DNA from: Candidatus Lokiarchaeum ossiferum
GTDB lineage: Archaea; Asgardarchaeota; Lokiarchaeia; Sigyniarchaeales; Promethearchaeaceae
Length of the DNA: 32,000 nucleotides
Direction: 5' to 3'
Assembly: GCA_025839675.1 (NCBI GenBank)
Contig: CP104013.1
Location: 5,250,001 to 5,282,000, forward strand
The notes under the pieces are model-generated. The model worked only from the letters and a program-made list of their open reading frames with translations, did not search any database and was not told where the DNA came from. The translations under genes and the position numbers were made by a program. Shown here piece by piece: positions 8,806 through 17,600 of this stretch; within the stretch, counting starts at the first letter, position 1, and each line of letters starts with the position of its first letter.

Positions 8806-9588
8806 TTAGTCACACCAATTGGTCAATTTAGATTGATTGATTGGTATATTGACTTTTTTTTTCAATTGTAGGCCTGATTTTTGTTCAATTATCTTAAATA
8901 TTTCACCTACAACGTCTTGAGGGGTTTTATTTTCTGTCCAGATACGAAAGAATTTATTACTTTTCTGAAGTTTGAATTCTTTAAAGATTTCTTCATATTT
9001 CTTTAAAACTCTGAGTAAATATTGATAATCATCTTCATTCCATTTTTGCCGTTCTTTATCTAAGGATCCACGTTTATAAATTCTGCTCATAACTGTTTTC
9101 GGTTCAGCTTCTAAGTAGATAACACATTCATCTAACCAAGAAACGGATCTATAAGTATCATCAATTAAATCATAATCAATTTTTGGCAATGAAAGTGCTC
9201 TGGCATAAATTAACGTGGAGAGTGGACTTCGATCGAGAATAGCAATATTTTCCCGATGGTTTTTGATGAATTTCGAAACTAATCTATTCCGCTCAATCAT
9301 TTGTTGATTATAGTGAATTTCTGCCCGAAAAGCGGTTTGTTTATTTTTTGATCCAAAAGGAACCGGTGGAACTGCTCGAAGACGTTCAGGATATAATTTG
9401 ATATTTGTAAAATCTTTGAATGTTTTACTTAAAATGTTATATATTGTTGTTTTACCCACACCGTGAACGCCTGCAATAGAAAAAATGAAACCATCTTTTT
9501 TGGTTCGCGATGTTTTTTTGTGAGATCTACGCGCTGATTTTTTTCTAGTTCTTTTCTGGTAATCGCGATATTTATCTAATGTGGTCAT
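8806..9588 (-). CDS. P-loop kinase of the deoxynucleoside kinase (dNK) type with a basic N-terminal extension
   Basis: Has Walker A IAGVHGVGKTT, an ERS-like LDRSPLSTLIYA and a lid-like SRIYKRGSLDKERQKWNEDDYQYL. The first ~30 aa are Arg/Lys/Ser/Thr-rich (RTRKKSARRSHKKTSRTKKD). Confidence 0.5.
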   Translation of the reverse strand: MTTLDKYRDYQKRTRKKSARRSHKKTSRTKKDGFIFSIAGVHGVGKTTIYNILSKTFKDFTNIKLYPERLRAVPPVPFGSKNKQTAFRAEIHYNQQMIERNRLVSKFIKNHRENIAILDRSPLSTLIYARALSLPKIDYDLIDDTYRSVSWLDECVIYLEAEPKTVMSRIYKRGSLDKERQKWNEDDYQYLLRVLKKYEEIFKEFKLQKSNKFFRIWTENKTPQDVVGEIFKIIEQKSGLQLKKKVNIPINQSKLTNWCD

Positions 9589-9815
9589 GAATATCCCTTC
9601 TGAGATTTTTGTTTCTGGTAGCGCTTAAATCTGACTTCTACAATTGTTTCTGTGTATTGAGGTCTATTAATCTTGGTATTAATTTCCCAATATGAATCAA
9701 CTGTCACTAACTTAAGTTTTTTTAGATCCTATAAAAAATCGAATGGTTTACAAAATTATTAGATTAGGAAACCAATTCGGGATAAAACTAATAAGGGAGA
9801 AAAATACTTTAAAAA

Positions 9816-11219
9816 GTGATAGATGTGAGGTTTGAAGATCGGGAAAATATTATTCAGAATATGCAAGAAATTGTTAATTCTATACCTTCAAAATATTACA
9901 GCGATATCCTTTTTGACACTACATCTTCTTTAACTGTTTCAAAATCTCGTTCTGGAGAAAAAGTTAATGCTAATTTGAAAACAAGAGGATTTGTCTTTAG
10001 AATTTATAATGGTGAACGCTATTATGAACTTTCCACTGCCGCAACTGGTATTTCAAAATTAAAGGAAAATGTAGCAAAATTGTTAAGTAATATTGAGAAG
10101 AAATCAACAATTGAACTTGTTTCTTATCCAAAGCATGAAATTGATAGAGATGTCCCGATGAATATTGATTTCACTCAGATGGCTCTTTCTGATAAATTAT
10201 CTAAAATCAATAATGTTTATGATACTCTAAAGAAGATTGATGATCGCGTTCAAAATTCGGTTATCCGGTATCAAGATTCGATTCAAGAGAGAATTTTTGT
10301 GAATACAGAAGGAAGTATTTTACGCCAAAAAATTCCTCGAATTTCCACCTATCTTGCTCCTCTTGTAAAAGTAGATGGAAGGAGTGATTCTGATTATCAT
10401 TTTGTCAGTGGTCAAGGTGGATTTGAAGTTCTAAATGCAATCAATCATGCTCTTCTCTCTGATTTGGTTAAATCTTCGATCGAATTGGCTCAAGCTCCGT
10501 TACCTCCAACGGGAAAAATGCCCGTTGTGCTAGATCCAAGTGTTTCTGGATTTCTCTCTCATGCTGTTTTTGGTCATGGTGTCCAGGGAGATGCTATTTA
10601 TGAAGAACGCAGTGTTTGGAAAAATCATTATCAAAAACAAGTGGCTTCAGAAATTTTGAGTATCACCGATAAACCAATAGATGGAATCTATGGTAATTAT
10701 TTCTTTGATGATGAGGGTGTGTTGTGTCAAAAAACACCACTAATAGAAAAAGGTATATTAAAAAATTTTCTTCATTCTCGGATGACTGCGAGTCTATTAG
10801 GGATGGAAGGTGATCTTCATGGAAATGGACGAAGACAAAGTTTCATGCATCCGATTTTTCCCCGGAATTCAAATACCTTTATCGAACCTGGAGATTATGA
10901 TATTGATGAAATCATTTCCGAAATGGAGTATGGGTTGTTATTAGTTAAAGCGAGTCACGGCTTGGAAGATTTTGATGGTTCAATTCATTGTAATTCAAAA
11001 TCTGGTTATGTTATTGAAAATGGTGAAATTAAAGATCGAGTCAAGGGTATATCATTATCGGGCGATGCGATAAACATGCTCATGGCTGTAGATGCTGTCT
11101 CAAAAGGACCCGTTGATTTTATTGGGATGAATAGTCGAAAAGGGTTGAATGAAATGGTGCCTATATCTTTTGGTGGAGTCTATATACGATCCACCAATGG
11201 ATTTGTAAGTCCAGGATAA
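9816..11219 (+). CDS. tldD: TldD-family protein (TldD/PmbA peptidase U62 fold), probably non-catalytic variant
   Basis: 467-aa ORF with a GTG start after gggag. It has the family-typical DDEGV..QKTPLIEKGILKNFL, GNGRRQSF..P.PRNSNTFIEPG and ENGEIKDRVKG segments. The metal-site motif reads HAVFGHGVQGD (10560-10592) instead of the HExxxGHxxEGD type. Confidence 0.8.
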   Translation: MIDVRFEDRENIIQNMQEIVNSIPSKYYSDILFDTTSSLTVSKSRSGEKVNANLKTRGFVFRIYNGERYYELSTAATGISKLKENVAKLLSNIEKKSTIELVSYPKHEIDRDVPMNIDFTQMALSDKLSKINNVYDTLKKIDDRVQNSVIRYQDSIQERIFVNTEGSILRQKIPRISTYLAPLVKVDGRSDSDYHFVSGQGGFEVLNAINHALLSDLVKSSIELAQAPLPPTGKMPVVLDPSVSGFLSHAVFGHGVQGDAIYEERSVWKNHYQKQVASEILSITDKPIDGIYGNYFFDDEGVLCQKTPLIEKGILKNFLHSRMTASLLGMEGDLHGNGRRQSFMHPIFPRNSNTFIEPGDYDIDEIISEMEYGLLLVKASHGLEDFDGSIHCNSKSGYVIENGEIKDRVKGISLSGDAINMLMAVDAVSKGPVDFIGMNSRKGLNEMVPISFGGVYIRSTNGFVSPG

Positions 11220-11230
11220 AGGAGGGTACT

Positions 11231-12610
11231 GTGATGTCACAAAATGAAATGGATTCAAAATATAACTCAATTGAAACTGTTGCAAATTTGGTTAAGTCAG
11301 AAATTAGCAAAGCAGGGATTCCAAAATATGATATATATTTACTTGATGAACGGGTAAATGGGATCTATTTTCGGAAAACTACAATTGCTGAGCAAACTAA
11401 TTACCATAATATATCTTATTTTATTCGAGTTTTCGAAGATAAAGGTCCTGAAAACATGGGTATAGGGGTGGTTCAATTAAATTCCATCCGATCTGAAGAT
11501 ATTCAAAAAGCCATTGAATATGCTCAAACCATCGCAAAAATGAATAATGGTCCAAAATATGACTTAGTGGCACCAGGTAAAAACTATCCAAACCCTGTTA
11601 CCTTCGATAAAAATGTTTGGTACCATCCAGAAGAATTCTTAAATGAAAAATCACTGGAATTACGCCAAGGATTAACCGAGCTTATTCCAGCAGTCCCAAA
11701 TTTTGGAACTCTTCGAACATATAGAAAACAAAAAATGTTGGTAAATTCCGCGGGACTTCATAAATTAAAGCGAAGTACCAATTTTGGATATGAATTTTCT
11801 TTCAAAGCTATGAAAGCTGGAAGAATGGCAGAATATTGGCCAAGTGGGTATATCAAATCGGCTCAAGATTTAAAGTTTTTAGAACGCATCCCTGAATGGG
11901 CTTCAAGAGCTCGTGATGCTCTGAGAGCCACACCTCCTCCCTATGAACCTTCAATTGATGTAATATTTGCTCCGTCAATTGTACGATCCGCTTTGCTTGC
12001 GACAGTTGGATATTCTGCTTCAGCCCAAGCCTTGTTTGAACGTTATTCCCGCTTCAAAAAAGATAAAATCGTTGCCTCAGAAAATTTCACATTAGTCGAC
12101 GACGGTTTGATTGAAGGTGGACTCGGAACTTCGGCATGGGATTCCGAAGGAAATCCAAAGCAAAGAACTCCAATTATTGAGAATGGGGTTATGACAAATT
12201 TCCTCTTTGATCAAAAATTTGCTACCTTATTAAACGAATATTCAACTGGTAATGCTCAACGTAAACCTTCAAAAGGTGGAGATATGACTATCGAGTTTAA
12301 TAATCTTGTTGTAAACCCTGGCGATCAATCCTTAAAAGAAATTGTTGCTAATTCAAAGAAAGCTCTCCTTCTAATTAAATTTCCTTGGATTCATCCGAAT
12401 TCAATTACGGGTGATTTTGGTGCTTCCATTGATAATGCTTATATGATTGAAAATGGGAAGATGACTCGTCCTATTCGTGGAGGGAGTGTTTCTGGCAATA
12501 TTTATGAAATGCTTAAAAATATTGATGCAATTTCAAAAGAAACTCGCACTGTCATGAATTCTAAGGTTCCTTATATCAAATTTAAAAATTTGCACCTATC
12601 ATCCAAATGA
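11231..12610 (+). CDS. pmbA: PmbA/TldE-family protein
   Basis: 459-aa ORF. GGAGG lies at 11220-11225, which favours the ATG at 11234 as the start. It has the family-typical WDSEGNPKQRTPIIENGVMTNFL, GNAQR, NNLVVNPGDQSLKEI, TGDFGASIDNAYMIENGKMTRPIRGGSVSGN. It starts 11 nt after the tldD-like stop. Confidence 0.8.
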   Translation: MMSQNEMDSKYNSIETVANLVKSEISKAGIPKYDIYLLDERVNGIYFRKTTIAEQTNYHNISYFIRVFEDKGPENMGIGVVQLNSIRSEDIQKAIEYAQTIAKMNNGPKYDLVAPGKNYPNPVTFDKNVWYHPEEFLNEKSLELRQGLTELIPAVPNFGTLRTYRKQKMLVNSAGLHKLKRSTNFGYEFSFKAMKAGRMAEYWPSGYIKSAQDLKFLERIPEWASRARDALRATPPPYEPSIDVIFAPSIVRSALLATVGYSASAQALFERYSRFKKDKIVASENFTLVDDGLIEGGLGTSAWDSEGNPKQRTPIIENGVMTNFLFDQKFATLLNEYSTGNAQRKPSKGGDMTIEFNNLVVNPGDQSLKEIVANSKKALLLIKFPWIHPNSITGDFGASIDNAYMIENGKMTRPIRGGSVSGNIYEMLKNIDAISKETRTVMNSKVPYIKFKNLHLSSK

Positions 12611-12622
12611 TTTTTTTCTTTT
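12611..12622 (+). terminator. Oligo-T tract (T7-C-T4) directly after the pmbA-like stop; possible archaeal-type termination or attenuation signal
   Basis: The sequence tga-tttttttctttt starts at the stop codon (12608-12610). The next gene starts at 12639 with gagga upstream. T-runs are common in this AT-rich DNA, so support is weak. Confidence 0.3.
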
Positions 12623-12638
12623 CCAGAGGATCAATCTA

Positions 12639-14561
12639 ATGAAATTAAAGACTCCAATGAAAATTTTGTCCATTTTTGGAATTATACTCTTTGCAGGTCT
12701 TACTCCTTCGAGTTCTTATATCACAATCATTGATTCTTTATCAACATCTAAAGGTTCCCTTATTCTCCCTAATATGGAAGAAATACCTGGTGGCGAAGAT
12801 ACTCAAATACAGTATGGGCCGACCGGCAATCTTCATGTCATATATTATGAGAGATTTCTTGGAACAAATTCCTTGAAATATTCTGTAAAACATAATGATC
12901 AATGGAGTATTCCACACACAATCTTAGAAAATACAAATCATCAATTGACCTTTGATTTTTCAGTTGATTTGAATGACAAAATCCATCTTTCCTATGGTGA
13001 TTCTTTCGGGAATATTACTTACCTCACAAATTCTAAAGGATTCTGGGAAGACCAAGCCCTCATATCAAAAAATAATAAAACTTTATCATCTGAAATCAAT
13101 CTTGGGGCTGATTCCTTTTTCAATCTTGCAACCTCCACGGAATTTAGTCCTCAAAATAAATCTTTAACGTTTATCTACCAATATCCTACCTTAAATCACA
13201 CTGTAATAAATCAAACAGTTTATATTAATTCCTCCCAATCTGGTGAACCCAGCATTTCTAATATAAATCTTGTTAATAAATCAATCTGCGTTAACGTATC
13301 TAAATTCGATTCTACATTGATTGAAACATCTCCTTCCATGGTTTCTGATTCGAATGGAACAATTCATATTGTTTATGAAGGATTATGGAACAATCCTCAA
13401 TACCCAGATGAGCCGATTTGGGATGTGTTTTACACCACATTTACAAAGAATTATACTTCATACAAATTTAGCTCACTTACAAATGAAACTACAATTATCA
13501 ATTCTACCACCAATGAAACTCAATCCATCCTTACCAACACTACCACTTACATTTCTAATCGTACAGGATGGTTTTCGAATCCAATCCAATTATCAAATTC
13601 TACGCCATCCCTTCAATATTTATCTCCAATAATTGCGAAGGGAAATAATAATCAACTACATGTGAGCTGGATTCAATCCATTAATAATACGGAATATATG
13701 TTAGAATTAGGGAGTTTGAACAAAAATCACACTGTTTGGAATTCCAAAATTCTACCTTTTGCTGTGCCCCTTTCTGAAATAAAATATTCCATGGTGATTG
13801 ATTCTTTAAATACTTGTCATTTGATCTTCAAAAAACTTGAATTAATTTCCAATTTAACTCGTTTCTCTAATTTGACTTATTTTAGTAACCATACTGGCTA
13901 TTGGAAATACTCCCAATTGATAGAACCATTTTATTCTCTTTCTGATTTTGATATTAAATTAGATCCCATTAATAATCGCCCTTTTGTTATGGTTTCTGGA
14001 AAAATCACGGAAAATTCAAATTTGCAATCTTTTATGCTGAAATTTGTGGAAGGGGCTTTTGGAAATGAGTTGGGGTATTTGTCTTCCATAAATGGGAAGC
14101 AAATCACACTCCAAACAAAGAAAGATGATTTTATAACTCCTGTCGATATAAATTTACCCGCCTTTGATTCATCATCTCAATATATCCAAGCCTTCTCTAA
14201 ACGTCTGGTTTCTTTATCCTTAACCCTCGAAAATTTGCAGTCGTATGATCAATCCCTTTCTTTAAACATCGTTTTAAGAAATGTTTCTATTATTCAATTG
14301 GCAGAGAGTAATTATTTCACCCAAAATCTGAGTTCTTTAGCAGCTCATTCATATGAAGAATTCTTGTGGGAATTTGAATTTATTTATGCAGGTTCCAGAA
14401 TAATTGCCTTAAATATTGAACGAGATGGCTCTATTTTGTATTGTATTCAGTTTATTGTCATTATAAAAGAGAGTTTTTCAATGACTCCTAATTTCCTCAT
14501 CTTTTCTGGGTTGATTACTGTGTTTAGTGTAGGATATTGGTATTTAAGAAAAAAATCTTGA
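12639..14561 (+). CDS. Membrane-anchored extracellular protein: sequon-rich, beta-propeller-like repeats, N-terminal signal/TM and C-terminal TM anchor
   Basis: N-terminal hydrophobic segment ILSIFGIILFAGL. C-terminal TM FLIFSGLITVFSVGYWYL followed by RKKS. A blade-like motif recurs (GNLHVIYYE, DKIHLSYGD, NGTIHIVYEG, NQLHVSWIQ, NTCHLIFKK). I counted 23 N-x-S/T sequons by hand. Confidence 0.7.
   Translation: MKLKTPMKILSIFGIILFAGLTPSSSYITIIDSLSTSKGSLILPNMEEIPGGEDTQIQYGPTGNLHVIYYERFLGTNSLKYSVKHNDQWSIPHTILENTNHQLTFDFSVDLNDKIHLSYGDSFGNITYLTNSKGFWEDQALISKNNKTLSSEINLGADSFFNLATSTEFSPQNKSLTFIYQYPTLNHTVINQTVYINSSQSGEPSISNINLVNKSICVNVSKFDSTLIETSPSMVSDSNGTIHIVYEGLWNNPQYPDEPIWDVFYTTFTKNYTSYKFSSLTNETTIINSTTNETQSILTNTTTYISNRTGWFSNPIQLSNSTPSLQYLSPIIAKGNNNQLHVSWIQSINNTEYMLELGSLNKNHTVWNSKILPFAVPLSEIKYSMVIDSLNTCHLIFKKLELISNLTRFSNLTYFSNHTGYWKYSQLIEPFYSLSDFDIKLDPINNRPFVMVSGKITENSNLQSFMLKFVEGAFGNELGYLSSINGKQITLQTKKDDFITPVDINLPAFDSSSQYIQAFSKRLVSLSLTLENLQSYDQSLSLNIVLRNVSIIQLAESNYFTQNLSSLAAHSYEEFLWEFEFIYAGSRIIALNIERDGSILYCIQFIVIIKESFSMTPNFLIFSGLITVFSVGYWYLRKKS
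13848..13901 (+). repeat. Three tandem hexapeptide sequon units, S-N-x-T-x-[FY] (SNLTRF SNLTYF SNHTGY)
   Basis: In-frame reading: tcc aat tta act cgt ttc / tct aat ttg act tat ttt / agt aac cat act ggc tat. Confidence 0.6.
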
Positions 14562-14604
14562 TTGGTTAATAATGCTCAGAAATTCTTAATTTATATTTAA
14601 ATAG

Positions 14605-14614
14605 AAAAAAAAAG
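14605..14614 (-). terminator. T10 tract on the minus strand, 17 nt downstream of the stop of the 1170-aa gene; candidate archaeal oligo-T terminator
   Basis: The plus strand shows A10 (atagaaaaaaaaaaggt) in the 70-nt convergent gap between 14561 and 14632. Confidence 0.4.
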
Positions 14615-14631
14615 GTATGTCTTAATAAGAT

Positions 14632-17600
14632 TTACTTTTTCTTTTTTTTTAATATTATTAGAACAACTACCGAGGATAAAACAATTACCCCTGAAGCACC
14701 ACCAATAATAAAATATGTTAAGTTATTACTATTATCTTCATTTTCTAATATAGTTATTATAATTGATTTTTCATTTGATTTACCATAACCATCTTCAATT
14801 ACAATTTTGACTTCATAGGTTCCTGATTCCCAATTGTCTACATTCAATATGATAGAATCTCCAGATTCCCATGAACCAGTACTATATTCTGTTCCATTAA
14901 CATAAATGGTAAATTTTGTGTCCAAATCAAATTCTGGATCTGTAATACTCCATGTAATATTAGAAATAATATTAGTTGAAATCATATCATACATAGGATC
15001 TGATATTTGGGGTATGTTATTTTGTTGTATCGTAATAAAAACAGAATTATATTGTTCTCCACCTGCACCATCAGATAAATACAGTGTATAATTATTTTCC
15101 CCTTCAATTATCCCAGATAATGAAATATTTATCGAATTTTGTCCTTCATTCCAAGATCCTGTCAAAATAATTATATCGTTTTCAAATATGATGAATGTGC
15201 CTGAAGGGCAGTAACTATCTGAAATAATCCAAGAAATTTTAAAATTAGACAAAAATGCATAGCTTGCATTATTTGGAGTAAATACTGTTGGAGCGAGATT
15301 AATTACATTGACCATCAAAGTATCATTTATTTCTTCACCTAAACCATCAAATACTTTTATTGTAATGTTATGCAATCCTATAGATAATGATTCAAGAGAA
15401 AGTGATATTGGCAAAATATTTGTCCAATAGTCTGGATTGTTAATTATATCATTATTTACTGATGAATTATCTATGAAAAGTTCATACGATTGATTCAAAG
15501 TTGAATTATCTTGAACATACCAAGTTAAAATTCGGTCAGTATTATTGAATTCTATTATTATATCCTCATAACTATTTAAAATTGGCTTTTCATTTACAAT
15601 AGTTTTGTTAATTTTGAAAAATATTGAATAATTTTCATCCATATCTTCAATTTCGTTAAAATTATTACCATATAATTTATTTCCATAATTCAGTCCAATT
15701 ATATATTCTTCATTTGATATATTTATTGATCTATAATTAAAACAAATATCTCCATTTTCCCATATAATGGCTTGAAAATCACCAATCATCATATTAGAGG
15801 ATTCAAGAGTAAAATTCATCCATGAAATTACAATATAAGAATCTTGACTATTTACAAATACCTTACTGTCTTCACTTATTTCAACATTAGATAAATATGG
15901 AGCAATTACATAGCTTGTATTTTCAGAAGTTGATGGAAATGAAGATATGGAATCATTAATTTTTGATTCAAAAGCACGAATATATCCACGTAAAGAAATA
16001 TAGAGTGATGAAACTTCTCGGTTAAATAAGGTGAAATTAAAATGAAGAATCTCTAAATATTCTCCCCCATCTTCAAAGGTAATTTCTTTTTGGTTTAAAG
16101 GTTCAATCCATTGAAATCCTGTATTATTATATGCCGTATATTCATACATTGGATATATAATACAATTTACACTTTGATTTTCAGATATTGTGCTATTTCC
16201 ATAAGAATTTTCTGCTACAATTGCATAATAATATGTCTGGTTTTCAAAAACAATATCATGATATTCATTTATTGTTCCACCTATAGTGATTAAAGGTGTT
16301 AATCCTGAGATATCATCTATTTCTGAAATTTCTCTGAAAATATGATAGTAATTAATATCAATTTGATCATTCCAAAATAGTGAGATAAGCCCATCATAAT
16401 TAGGATTTGGATTTATCTCATTTACAATTGGTGCTGAAGGTATATCATAAATTACCTCTACTTGCTCACAATTTGAAATGCTACTGTTTCCATTAATATT
16501 CTCTGCACATATTACATAATAGTATTCATCTTCACTAGGTACTATATCGATAAAAACATTTTCATCATCATCCACTGTTGCAATAGGAAGTGAACTTGAT
16601 ACATCTGTAATGATTGAAGTGTCTCGAAAAATATGATAATTAGAAACTTCTGGCATAATCTGCCAAGTTAGGTAAATATCCCCATCATTATCTGGATTAG
16701 GGGATATTGTAGATAACGTTGTCGGATTAGGCACAGAAAGAGTTACTTCTACTTGTTCACAATCAGATATTGATGAGTTTACAGTGCTATTAGTTGAAAT
16801 TACTACGTAATAATATGTATCATCTACAGATACTATATCATGATAAAAATTATATGATGTTGTTCCTATTGGAGATAAATTTGATATAGAATCGATAATT
16901 GATGTATTTCTGAATATAATGTACTCAATCTCACCTTCCCCAGTTATAAGGTCCCAAACTAAAGTAATATCCCCATCTAAATCAGGATTTGGATCAATTT
17001 CATATAAATTTGGTCTGTTTAATAATATTTGTTGTATTGTTATATTTTTACAATTTGAAATAGTTGAATTAATAAGTCCATTTCCTGCTACAATAACATA
17101 ATAATAAGTTCCATCTGGTACTTTATCGATATATTGTGTTTTAAACCAATCATCTGTAAAGCCTATTGGTAATAATCCGGTGATAGAAGTTATTTCAGAT
17201 TGAGAACGGTAGATATAATAAATACTAGCTTCTTCTATTGAAGACCATGTAATTATTACATCTCCATTATCATTATAACGTTTTGAAACGGATTGCAAAA
17301 CTGGTGTATCTATTTGATCGCCATCAACCACTGGATACATATCATATCTTGATTTACCTTCCGAAGAAAATATATGAATATAATAAGTTCCTGTAGTTGG
17401 AATTGATTTTAATTCAATAATATGAGAGTATTGATAAATATCATCTATAAGAAAAGGTGTAGAATTAAGAATTGTTACTCCATCACCATCTAAAATCTCA
17501 ATTTGCAAATTTGCATATTCATAAGAATTTAAGCAATAAAATGTTAAATTCCAGTTTTCAAGAAGCTCAATTTTATAATAATCATCATCTAAACAATATA

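Noticed and set aside
8795-8806. 12-nt perfect palindrome atcattaatgat in the convergent gap between the Orc1-like and kinase genes.
   Set aside because: It is too short and too AT-rich to be meaningful, and it overlaps the stop codon of the minus-strand gene.
12676-13632. Three off-frame plus-strand ORFs (12676-12876, 12973-13167, 13321-13632) within the 640-aa gene.
   Set aside because: They are alternative frames of a gene whose main frame shows signal, repeat and TM features. They are spurious.
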